Positions 24,984 through 35,893 of a stretch of DNA of 64,000 nucleotides are shown here, in pieces. How positions within the stretch are numbered: position 1 is the stretch's first letter; each line of letters starts with the position of its first letter. Source of the DNA: Lama guanicoe (Eukaryota); contig MU053431.1 of NCBI GenBank assembly GCA_013239625.1, positions 248,001 through 312,000 of the forward strand, written 5' to 3'. The translations under genes and the position numbers were made by a program. The notes under the pieces were generated by a model, which saw only the letters and a list, made by a program, of their open reading frames with translations, made no database searches and had not been told where the DNA came from.

Positions 24984-24999
24984 GCTGCCCCCTGGTGGA
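24984..24999 (-). promoter_or_regulatory. CTCF core motif
   Basis: The minus strand reads TCCACCAGGGGGCAGC, a full match to CCASYAGRKGGCRS. Binding is unknown. Confidence 0.55.
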
Positions 25000-25439
25000 G
25001 GAGGCCCGCTGGGGCGGGCGGGTCTGGGACCGGCGTGGACACACGAAGTCTGCCCGAAGCCTGCCCCTGCTCCACTTCCAGGGAGCTGGGCCGCGTAATT
25101 CCCTTTGCGCTCCAGCCCCTTTGGGCTGGAGATGCTGTTACTCAGCCAAGAGAAGCCCACGGAAGACACTGAGAGCTTGAAACAATGCTCCTATTATTCC
25201 CAACAGAGCTGGGACCCCAGGCGCCCAAAGGAGGCAGGGCCAGCTCCGTGCCTCCAGCGCCCGCCCTCATCCTTACTCTGCCTGCTGAGGTAGTTAGATG
25301 TCATTCTAAAGTCAGCAAAACCCTAGTATTCTCCCCCTGAAAAACTGTAATCTTAAAACCCGGGACAGCCCCGCACTCACTTGCGCTAGGAGGAGTGTGG
25401 AGAGGAAAGAAACTTCCACATCAGGGAATCCAAACATGA

Positions 25440-25965
25440 AGACTGTGGTCACTGTTCTGTGTTGTATAATGATATTTTCATCACAACGTATTAATAAGAT
25501 GCATTTAAATTCCAATCGTTTCAAATGATGAATCTTTGCAAAACAAGCCAATGTTACTCTTGCTCCGTGAAGGAATACAGAGTGATTCCTCATAAAATCA
25601 CCTTAAGCTTAACCCTGACCTCACCCGCTTTAATTATGCATAAGAGCCAGTCAGACTCCCTTGCAACAAGCAGGCATTCATTACCTATAATTCCTATTTT
25701 ATAACTTTTTTGTTTGATCTGTCCCAGAATTCATTCTGAAGAAATTCAACAGAATAAATGATCATTCTCCCCGACCACTTGACTGCTGCTGTGAATGTAT
25801 AATGTGGCTACACGTGTATATTATTTATGAAAAATTGATTGCTGTAACGTCTCAATATTCCTTTCATGCTCTGTGAATGTGGACTTAATATGTTTCTTCT
25901 GAAGCCCACGGCGGGCCGGGACTACGTGACGGTACGTTGAAGAGGCAAATGGATTTATTGGTTTG
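25440..25965. promoter_or_regulatory. Candidate enhancer / conserved non-coding element
   Basis: Sharp AT-rich island between GC-rich flanks. TCATAAAA at 25590-25597, TAATTA at 25631-25636, TTATGCATAA at 25634-25643, TTTATGA at 25824-25830, TTTATTGG at 25954-25961. Confidence 0.4.
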
Positions 25966-27133
25966 GGCAGCATGTCCTCGGTGAGGAAATTAGGGAATTC
26001 CTATGCAAAACCCACTCTGGTCCGCATCCCAGAAGCCTTTGCCTGTTGGGGCAGGTTGACAGCGTTAGTCCAGAGAGCAGTCTGAGCGGTAAGGACGGAG
26101 GGCCACGCAGACCAGGCTGGCTTCTCACCAGAATCGCTGGCCTGCGTTCCTCTGAGGACCTTCTGGAGAAGAAGCAAGTGCGAGCCCGGTGGGGACACCA
26201 AGGACCCCGCCTCGCTCCAGCTCTGACGCTGCCAAGAGCCCGAGAGGCGGTGCTTTTGGGTCCCCGAGTCACAGATCGTGGAGCAGGGACTTGAGCCCGA
26301 GTAGTTCACTTAGAAGGCGATTCCAGGCAGAGCTGGCAGGGAAATGAGACAGGGCAGGACGGAGCCACCAAAGGACAGGCTAGTTTATCAAGTGGGTTAT
26401 GGGCAGCTGTGGCTGACCCCTGCTGGGAGCTCGGGGGAGCCAGGTGCAGTGCCCCCAAGGTGCCGGGGCGAAGCAGTGGGTGCGCGTCCTCCTGGCCCAC
26501 GCGTGCTGCTGGCTACGGGGTGCCCCGGCCTCCACTGCTCAGCGTTCCTGGCCTGCCCGGCCAGGTGGTCCAGACGGGACCACGGAGGGCTTGAAGGCCA
26601 GCGTCTGTGGCGGACAGTGCGCCTTAGAGTGTCAGGACCCTTGTCCTGCACCCCTCTCTCCGCACCCAGAGGCCTGGGAGTCCTGCTGGGGCCTCGGGAG
26701 GCTGCGTCTGCTCCGCGGCCAGTCGCTGCGTCTCTGGACCGCAGGTGAGAGGGCTCCGCGGAGGGGGTGGGTAGGGGCAGAGTGAGGACAGCGTGCGGGG
26801 GCGTGGAGCTCTGCATCCTGGGGACCTGACCACGGAGCCAACTGTTGGGCCGACAGGACCTTCAGAAGAGAACCCTGGTGCTGAGAGTGCGAGATGGGCT
26901 GACCTGGGCCAAGGTGTAGGAGGTGCAAGGTCGCGGGGGGAACAGAGACAGAAATGGGAGGTGCGGCTGCAGGGACAGAGCAGAGAGCCCCCGTGTGTGG
27001 GTGGGGGCTGCCTCGTCTGAGGCCTGCTCCCGAGGGGCTCTGTGGGCCTCGGGCTGCCTGAGGCTCCAGCCTGGGACCGTGCAGCTCGCCTTCTCTAGGC
27101 AGGAAACGAAGGGGCTCCCAATTGCCTCCAGTC

Positions 27134-27294
27134 CAGTTGCTCCCAGTGCGGCCAGAGGGCCGGCAGCATCCGCATCACCTGGGAACTGGAGAGAAATCAG
27201 AATCCCTGGTCCAACCCTGGCCTTTGATTCAAAATCTACATTCTCACTAGATCCCTGAGCGCTTCCTGTGCACATTGAAGTCTGAGGGATGCAG
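27134..27294 (+). mobile_element. MER5A1-like hAT-Charlie element
   Basis: ccggcagcatccgcatcacctgggaact...aatctacattctcactagatccctgag...gcacattgaagtctgag. Confidence 0.85.
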
Positions 27295-30143
27295 ATTCCA
27301 GCTCTCTGTTAGGGAGTTACCTGGTCCTGGGGACGGAGTGGAGGGGCCGACGTGATCTGGACTCTGCATCGTCTCCCGACTGGGAGCACCACTCTCCTGC
27401 TCGTATGGACCAGGACACCAAGCTCCCTGACACGCCCTGACCCCGCCCCCGCGGCATCCCTTCTGGGCACAGATCGGCTTGCTAGGGAACCCACGCCCCC
27501 TCGGCGGCCTGACCGGCCCTCCGTCCCACGGGAGGCGCCCGGGGCCCTGTCCAAAGCCCAGCTCCAGGCAGCAGAGTAGCCCGATCACGTCTGATTTGGA
27601 TGATTCTAGGAAGATTTCCAGACAAGAGAAAATGTTTTGTTTTGAACTGAAGGAGATGGTGAATGATAGACAAAGTAATGAAGGTGGAGCAAAAATGTTG
27701 CTTTTTTCCCAGCTGCGTATTTTCCACGAGGCATCTCATGCATGCTCTTTAAAGGTCAGATGTTACTATTGTTCGTTGCCTCATCAGTTAGCTAATCAAG
27801 TATTGTGCATCTGCTTAAGGTCACACGTGTTTGTTACTGATGAAAATAAAAATCTGTTCTTGATTTTGTAAGAGGAAGGCGTGATTTGAGTATACTCTTG
27901 TAGAAACAGTTTTGCATTCAGGGCAAGCGTGTTCTGCCCAGATTTGAATTTGGGGAAATGAAAGTATCTCAGATAAAAAGATCATAAATCTAATCTCTGA
28001 CCGCCGTGTGTGGACCAGCCTGTGTGGGACTGTGGTCACGGCAAGGACCACCATTTCCATCTGGACCAAGAAAGACACTGATTCATGTAGAGGCCCCCAC
28101 AGCTCCCCTTTCTCTGCTGTGAGAGGTTTTGCACCTGCGTGTCTGCAGGTGGGTGAGGGTTATGCGGTGGGTGTGTCCAGCATGTACCTGCCCACACTGT
28201 GTCCATCCTGTAGTAGGTTAGGAAAAACAGACTGTAGTTACTTCTAGTAACTGAGAATCTGCTTCATGCTCGGGGCATCACAAAACCCCCGTCATGAAAT
28301 CTTCACAGTCACCATGAGCAGGAAGCTACATTCTCCTTGAGCAGGAGAGAAAACTGGAGTCCAGGGATGCTGAGCGCCTTGGGTGCGCAGGCAAGACTAG
28401 GGCGTTCTGCCACTGCCTGGCCTGACAGAGTCCTTGGTGAAGTATCCCCTGGCCCCACAGCGCTGGAAGCCTTGTCCCCTCCTTCCAAGTCTACAGAACA
28501 GAGAGGAAAAGTCAAAACACTGGTGGCAGGCCAGCCGAGAGACAGCCCAGGTCCCTGTAGAGGCAGCGGACAGAACCAGGGAGCAGGGGTCCATCCAGAC
28601 ATAGGTAGGTTTAGGAAATATTTGTCAGCAGCCAGGGGTGGAGGCAACACACTGGCCAGACCTGGGGGCCCCCTGGACCTGCTGATTATTGACGACTCTT
28701 GGTGGCTTCTGGTCACTTGTCAGAGCCCTATCTCTAAAGCCAGACCGTCCTCTGAAACTAAGGCCACCTGTTACCAAATCAGCCAGTCCAAGGCCACGGC
28801 TCTGCTTTATTCCTCACCCTCTGGGGTGACACGTCTGCTTGCAGCTTTGAGGGTCCCATCACTCATGGGGACACAGGAGCCGTGATGGTGCCCAGTCCCT
28901 TGGTTTCTGAAGCTCGTTGTTATGGTTGCTGATTTCAGCCTTCACTGTGATAATGAGATTCTGCCATTAAAATCATTTTAGGTGAGACTAAGCTTTGGTG
29001 ATATTCTCTTTGTTTCAGTGGCTTTGCTTTAAAATGTGGGGGCGTTCCCCAGGCTGTCCAACCTCAGCTGTGTCTCATGGCCCTGGCGGCGGGAGGGCTG
29101 ACCTCGCATTTGGCTGCGTCATCTTTTTATGCGTGTGTGGTGTCACAGCCTCCACCTTGGTGGCCTGGACATCTGTTTAAATGATGCATTCTTCTCCGTG
29201 CGCTCCCCCAGGGCCGATCTGATTTAAACCCAGGAAGGCTGCTGTGCACGTCAGCTCACACCCACTCTGCCCTCGGGCCGCAGACACATGCTTCCTCCTT
29301 CCTCTGGGTGTGCAGGTCAGGGAGACGTCATGATTCCTTAGGTATTGACACCGCGTTCAATGGCTTCTCAGAAGTGTGCCAGGCTCTGTCCCGCCCCTCG
29401 AGCTGCAGCCAGTGCTGGGCTCGTCCGGTTGGAGGTGGCGGCTCCCCTTGGAAACCACGGGCTGTAATGACAGGTTAACGTATCGATGCCCCAAGGAGCC
29501 CCCGAGTCATCTCCGCAGAAGGTCAGCCTGAAGCCTGTGTATAATGACTGCTTCTCTGAGATAATTAGTTACTTTCCTTCAATTAAAATGGATAGATGCT
29601 CAGAGCAGAACATTTGTCTCAGTTACTATGCCGGTGAGATGCATCTTCAGACTAATAATTACTCCCCAGAGGTGGGAGGGCTGGTTTAGGGGCCTACTGA
29701 CAGCTCGGGTCTGATGTGGTTGTTGCTCTGAAAATCAAGGAGGCACCGTGGCTCTCACGCTGGATGAGCTAATTTTGACCCCCAAGGGACACGGGACCTT
29801 GGCCGCCCTCGGAAAGATGTGTGCAGCCCCTCAGATGCTAACTGCACCGGCCTTGCACTGCCAGCGTCTCGGATGTTCGAGAGAAGGCACTGACTCTTGC
29901 CTTCTGAACGTTCCCGACGGACAGCTCGTTATTCAAACAGATGTTTCTCTTTGTTTCAGACTTAGATTCCAGAAGGAATCTGGGTTCCTCGTTTACAAAA
30001 TTTCAGTTTGTGCAAGACGTTAGGTCCCCCAAACACCCAGACTGTTGAAGAGGGGGCTGATGGCTTGGGGAAGGGGCTAGGAGGGAAATGGTCACTCTCC
30101 GGTCACTGAACATTTCCATATTTCCATGGCGGGGGGGGGGGGC

Positions 30144-30163
30144 NNNNNNNNNNNNNNNNNNNN
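30144..30163. other. Assembly gap (20 N)
   Basis: N run with a G12 tract on the left and cgcccccc on the right. Confidence 0.99.
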
Positions 30164-30317
30164 CGCCCCCCAGCAAGCCAGCTCCGCAGTCCGCAGCCAC
30201 AGCACCAGCTCCGCAGCCCCGGCCCAAAGGATGCAAGACCCTCCCTCCCACCCGCAAGCTGACTCCTGCCCGCTCGCCTCCGTGCATGCTCCGTTCATCC
30301 CGAACACTCAGTAGTTT

Positions 30318-30800
30318 TCCTCCTGATTATATAAATAATTCATGTTCATTATCAAAACCATAGAACAACACATAGAAATAAAATGAGTTTTATTTTAAAA
30401 ATTTCCCGAGTCCCCGTCACCCGATCTACCCTTGCCGGTCTTTTGGTGACTGCGTCTTCCTGTGACCACGTCTCTCGCGTGCCTCTCTGAGCCCTCGGCA
30501 CGCGCACGCTGCTTCTGTCCACCTCTGGCAGCCTCTGAGGGGTGCCGTGAACCGTCTGTTCGTTAGGAATCTCAACAAGCCAATCATGTAGAGCTAAGAC
30601 TTTTGAAAAAATGGCTGTGTGCTGATTTTGTGTGGGTATACCTTAATCCAGCAAACTTTGCACCAATGATGGACATATACTCTGTTTCCAGTCCTTTTTC
30701 TCTTTTTTCTTTTTTCTTTTTGCCCTGCAACAATGCTGCAGGTTATTTTTGTATTTATGTATTTTTACACATCTGGTGATCTTTACATTTCCGGAGAATA
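30318..30800 (-). mobile_element. Decayed L1ME-like 3' fragments
   Basis: tcctgattatataaataattcatgttcatt..., and aatgatggacatatactctgtttccag...aacaatgctgca. Confidence 0.55.
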
Positions 30801-31959
30801 CTGGCTCCCATTTACTGACGGGAAAGGCATCTCTACAGAGCTTATTTCCTGGTGGCCACACCGCCAGGGCGGAAACAAAGGCTGTTTGCAATTCCATTGT
30901 ATCCTGTCTTGCCGGAGTTTGTTCCCACTGCCCTGAGAAGGTCCCTTGTCCTTCCTGGAGCTCTGGGTGTCCCTGAGGACCTTGAGATCCTAGATTGTCT
31001 CCCCAGACGGCCCAGGCCCTCAGCTGCCGCCTCGTTTATACTCTGCGTCCCCATCGGTACCAGCAGTGCCTCCAGCTGTTTGCTGGGACCACTGGGAATG
31101 CATGGCTGGTGGATGTGCTGGGGAACAGGCAGCCGACGCCTCCCCAGGCCCCTCCTGGATGCCCGGTGTCTGTCACCTCTGCTGCTGGGCGTCGCCACCC
31201 ACATTTAGCTTCATGGCTCTTAGGCAGTTAGCCTCCCGCGGGGGACATACCGCCGCTGGGAGGAGACAGTCCTCTCACTGGCAGCCGCTGCATCGCCAGC
31301 AAGTGGAAGCAGTGGTGTTGCGGGCTTTTCTCTCTGACGGCAGTACCAGGAGGCCACGTGGGGGTCAGGGAAAGATGACTTCGCTTGGCTGGAAGAGGCA
31401 TGTGCCCGTCTCCACTCTTAGAAAGGATTCCAGGTGGAAGATTCTGATTTCAGAGCACAGGCAGAAGGGCTAAGTTCTTCCGGCTTAGGGGGAAAGTAAA
31501 ATTTAGATACAGTCTCAACACAACCAGAGCAGGTCTTAAGTAGCAGCAGAACAGAACTCCTGGATACGGTCCACACATCACAGGTCAGGAAGGGAGCAAC
31601 GCGATTGGTTTTACTAGGGTCTGGGTAGGACCTAGACAGCCCAGCAGGCGGGAGGTCAGGTTCTGAGCTGGGGTTGCAGGAAGTCCCGAGGGCGGATTAC
31701 GTTCCAGCGGCTCTCGACGCTCCCGTGGATCCCGACGACCTCTGACTCAGGGACTGTCATCTCTGCATCCTCCCAGGAGACGCCTGCCCCCTGCGATCCT
31801 AGCCCACCTCAGACCTGAGCATGACGCTGGCCAGGGGTCAGGAGGAAGCACAGCCTGGGAACCGACAAGCACGTCTGTTCACAGAGGGGCGACGGGCAAC
31901 CGCAAGTTTGGGCGAGAAACGCTGGAAATGACAAGAGTTTGGCAGAAATGTTTTCTACT

Positions 31960-32240
31960 TTAAGATGCCGGAAAGGCATTTTAATGCTAACTCCCATGGA
32001 GCTTTCCAGTGGATGATACATAACTCCATTTACTGCTGTAATCTGGGTAACAAAATGAACACTCCATCATTGTACTATGAATAGTAAATTAACCCAGATA
32101 AAAGTGTTCTACATCCAATCAAAACCATTAAGTAACTAGGAGACCAAGATTGGTGAGGACATTTTGGAGGCAATTATAACTAATGAATACATTAACTTCA
32201 AGAGGGCGGACGGTTTTGGAGGCTTTCTGGTCTCTCCAAA
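31960..32240. promoter_or_regulatory. Candidate enhancer
   Basis: AT-rich island with no recognisable repeat. CATTGT at 32068-32073, AGATAA at 32096-32101, several TAAT/ATTA cores. Confidence 0.3.
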
Positions 32241-33504
32241 TAAAATTAGGGGAGGTGGGAAGAAAGCTGAAATAATTTTGTAAAAAGGACAGATTTATTC
32301 ATCTACGAAGGGCCATTTAGAAGGAAAACGAGTTCTTAGGGAAGACTTGGCATATTAGACATCAGCATAATCATTAAAAAGAAAGAAAGAAATCTCCTTT
32401 TTCACCACCCTTAACAGTCAGACCAAAAAGCTTACTCTTGTAGCCTTTGTCCCTTTTCAAGGCAAGTTGGCAAATTTCGCTCTCTTTTGAGAAAAAGAAA
32501 TTGATTGCATTTTAAATGTAGAATTAATGCCTACTAATTGAGGGCAGTACAAAAAACACACCAAAAAATGCAAAATAAAAGCAAAACCAATCTCTAATCC
32601 TATCACCCGGAGACAGCCATTAGTAACATTCTGGGGTAACAGAAATGATATGTTTTGGGGGTAGTTTTAGATTATTCTGTTTACTTAAGAATGATAGCTC
32701 ATTATATAAAATTCAAACCATGCAGAAAAATGCAAAGAAAGAGACTAAACTACCCCCTCAGCTCTCACTCACTAGCAGTTAATCATATCCAGTTCCTGCA
32801 TCTCTCTCCGGAGTAAGTGCTGACGAGAGCAAAATAAATCAGTTATCTTCTACAGAAAAGGGATGATTCTGGGCGTGCTATTTTCATGCAAAAAAAAAAA
32901 AGAATTTTGTTTTTTAATGAAATATATGAAAACAAATCACACTGATATTGAAAGGACTCCTGGACCACTGGAAACTGCCTCCAGGGGCCACACTGGTTCT
33001 TCTGAGAGATCCTGACCTTTCTCCTACTTGGCTTTTTCTTTCTTGCCTTCGGACATCTTGTACCAGTTTTTGTCTTTCAGGACAGCAGTGGGGGGGGGGA
33101 GGGCAGTAAGGCTCTAGGCAGCGCTGTCTTCCCTGTCATCACTCCCAGCAGATTCTCTTAGCCTGCAGGCTCAAGCCCAGACACCACAATGGCCTGACGC
33201 TGAGAAGTCTTCAGCCTGTGGCCAGGGTGCTCCCCCATCCGGCCAAGGGGCCAAAGGGGCGTCCTTGGCTTCTGCTACCATCACACGCCGGCAGATCCGA
33301 GGGAAAGATGGGCAGACCCAACACCAAACAAAACAAACTTCCAAGAGCTAAGCAGTAATGCCAGCGAGTTAAGTGGGCCCCGGGCCTTCAAAGCAGACAA
33401 GTCAGCCTGAGCATGAGCGCTCTCAGTCCAGGGGCTGGTCTGCTCTTACCACGTGGGGATCGGATGCATCATCACATTTTCCAAGAGGAGCCAAATACCT
33501 ACAT

Positions 33505-33962
33505 TGTTTTTGTTTGTTTGTTTGTTTGTTCTTTTTTTTAAATTGAAGTGTAGTTGATTTACAATGTGAGTTTCAGGTGTACAGCAAAGCGATTTGGTTA
33601 CACATATACGTACATACATACTTTTTTTTCAGTTTCTTTTCCATGATGGCTCATTATAAGAGATTGAATTAAGTTCCCTGTGCTCTACAGCAGGTCCTTG
33701 TTTATCTATTTTATATACAGTAATTTGAATCTGTTAATCCCAAACTCCTAATCTGTCCCTCCCCCTCTTTCCCCTCTGGTAACCACAGTTTGTTTTCTAT
33801 GTCTGTGAGTCTATTTCTGGTTTTCAAATAAAATTTGTATTTTTTTCTTTTTTAGCTTCTACATTTAAGCAACATCATACGCCATTTGTCCTTCTCTGCC
33901 TGACTTACTCCACGTAATATGATCATCTCTAGGTCCATCCACATCGCCTCGCACGGCAGTAT
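33505..33962 (-). mobile_element. Cetartiodactyl-type LINE-1 3' end with an (AAAC)n tail
   Basis: aattgaagtgtagttgatttacaatg...gttccctgtgctctacagcaggtccttg...ctgttaatcccaaactcctaa...atctctaggtccatcca. Confidence 0.92.
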
Positions 33963-35790
33963 GAAATCCCCTCATTTACAGCGCTGACGGTAAACGTAAA
34001 CATTTTCAGAACTGTGTAAAGCAAACAAAGTCCCTCAATGGGTCGACCAGATTTCTTCTGCTGCTCTAAACACAATTTTGTGCAATTCAGGAGATCAGTA
34101 AAATTTGAATACCAAATAAGCGATGGGTAATTTTTAGGGAACCTGTATCCCATGCAAAATTCAGGACATATTTGTAGGAAAAGGCATTCGGTGCTCACCT
34201 GAGAGCCAGGTTTACCTGGGCGTCTTGAGTCTTCTCTGTCTGCCCTCGCTGATGGGCTCCTCCCGTCCGCACACGCCTGCCCTCAGGAAGCCTGGGGGCT
34301 CCAGGGAGGTGTGGGTGGCCTTCTCTGTCCTCCCCGGTGCCCAGAGTTCACAGTATTTGGCAGCCAATGTCATGTTTGTGTTTTGGTCCATTCTGTTTCC
34401 ATTGATAATGTAGTTTTTATTTTTTCCCTCTGGCTATTATTTCTTCTTTCTTCTTGTTTTCAATGGACTTTGAGAAGGTAGTTGGGGGAAAAATGCATTT
34501 TCTTACGTCCTTGACGGGCAATCTTTATAGTGGACGTTTTCACCTAGCATGACACCCTGTAAGTTTCCTCACTATTAAATATTTCGAAAAATACATTTTT
34601 TTCTTGGCTGCCCACAGGCCCTTCTATGAGTTTTCCAAACCTATCTTAGGTGAAGTTCAAGTATATTTAATGCTCAGAAGTCCTGTGTACAAATATTTGA
34701 GCTAGAAGGAGAATTAAATGGAAGAAATGATCCATCTTTCTGTTTGGTCAGTGCAGACCCAGGAAAAAAGGAAAAGAACCATTCACAAAAGGTCACCTTT
34801 GATGTAGGAAACTCAACGCGGCGGCTCATCCCAAAGCTCCGGTCCTTGTCTTTCCGGAATTTCAATGGGCTCTGTCACCTGTACCTTAAACATACTGGGA
34901 GAGGATTTCTTTTTTTCCCCCAAATCATCTGGGAATCCCTTACTATTAACTGGTTCTCTGTGGGCTTCTGACTGTTCATTTTATCTCAAGGTAAACCCTG
35001 CTCACTGGGTTTGGTTGAGTCAGAAAAGTGCTCCTTCCAGCTACTCCTTTTTTTCCTGGTGGGGATGAGTCTCATGTCATTAAGCCCCGTTGCGAAGAAA
35101 CAACTTGATACATTGACTTGTTTTGGTTTTGACAATACGGTTAAAGGTACTAGGTTTTCCTTAACAACTAGCTGCAAAGAATGTTGATGTTCCAGTTGTT
35201 ATTCACTGGAATCTAAAGTCGTGTAAGAGACAAAAGTAAATTTCCAGCAAGGGAAGGAAGAAGCAGCAGTGTCCTGTCTGGTCTGCGGGATCCATTTAAG
35301 GGCAGGTCCCTCCCTGCAGCTGATTCGGGTTATAAGGTCGCCGCGGAGACCAGACACCACTTCCCAGCACAACCGTGCTTCATAAGCCAGGCGGATGCTC
35401 TCTGTCTGTTTCTGTGGAATGAAACGCTGCGATGGCCCCCTTCTGTTCTCTGTGTTTTTTCCGCAGATTTGGTCAAACAAGTGTAGTGTCTGTTATGCGT
35501 GTTTTCATTGGTATAGCTGTTGTTTTTAATTTTATTGGTGGCTTTGATGGCCATTGTTGGGAGCTCAAGAATGCCGTTGTGGAGAACACACGAGGCCGTT
35601 GGTTGAGCGTTTTGCACAACTGAAAGCTAGTCTCTCCCTTCTTCAAAGGGCGGATCAGATTGGCAGGTGCATCTCTATTCAATGTGGGAGGCATCAGTGC
35701 CAGGCCATTCGGTGCTGGCCGGCCAGACAGTAAGATCTATCTTTGCTTCTGCAGTTAGTCCCTTAGTCAATCACTTCTGGCTAGGATGTT

Positions 35791-35893
35791 AAGAAAGAAA
35801 GAGAAAGAAAAGACAGAATGAGAGGAAGGTGGAAAGGAAGAAAGGAAGGGAAGGAAGGAAGAGGGGAGAGAGAGAGAGGAGAATAAGGAGGAG
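35791..35893. repeat. Polypurine (GA-rich) low-complexity tract
   Basis: About 100 bp of almost pure A/G, with GAAA, GGAA and GA units. Confidence 0.9.

Noticed and set aside
25960..27600. GC/CpG-rich stretch with many overlapping ORFs, a possible CpG-island promoter or exon
   Set aside because: The ORFs are Arg/Pro/Gly-rich in all frames, the stretch contains MER5A1, and CpG richness is common across the window. No promoter can be supported without computing CpG observed/expected or expression data.
33490..33980. Possible target-site duplication aaatacctacatt / aaatcccctcatt around the L1
   Set aside because: Three mismatches in 13 AT-rich bases is too weak to call.
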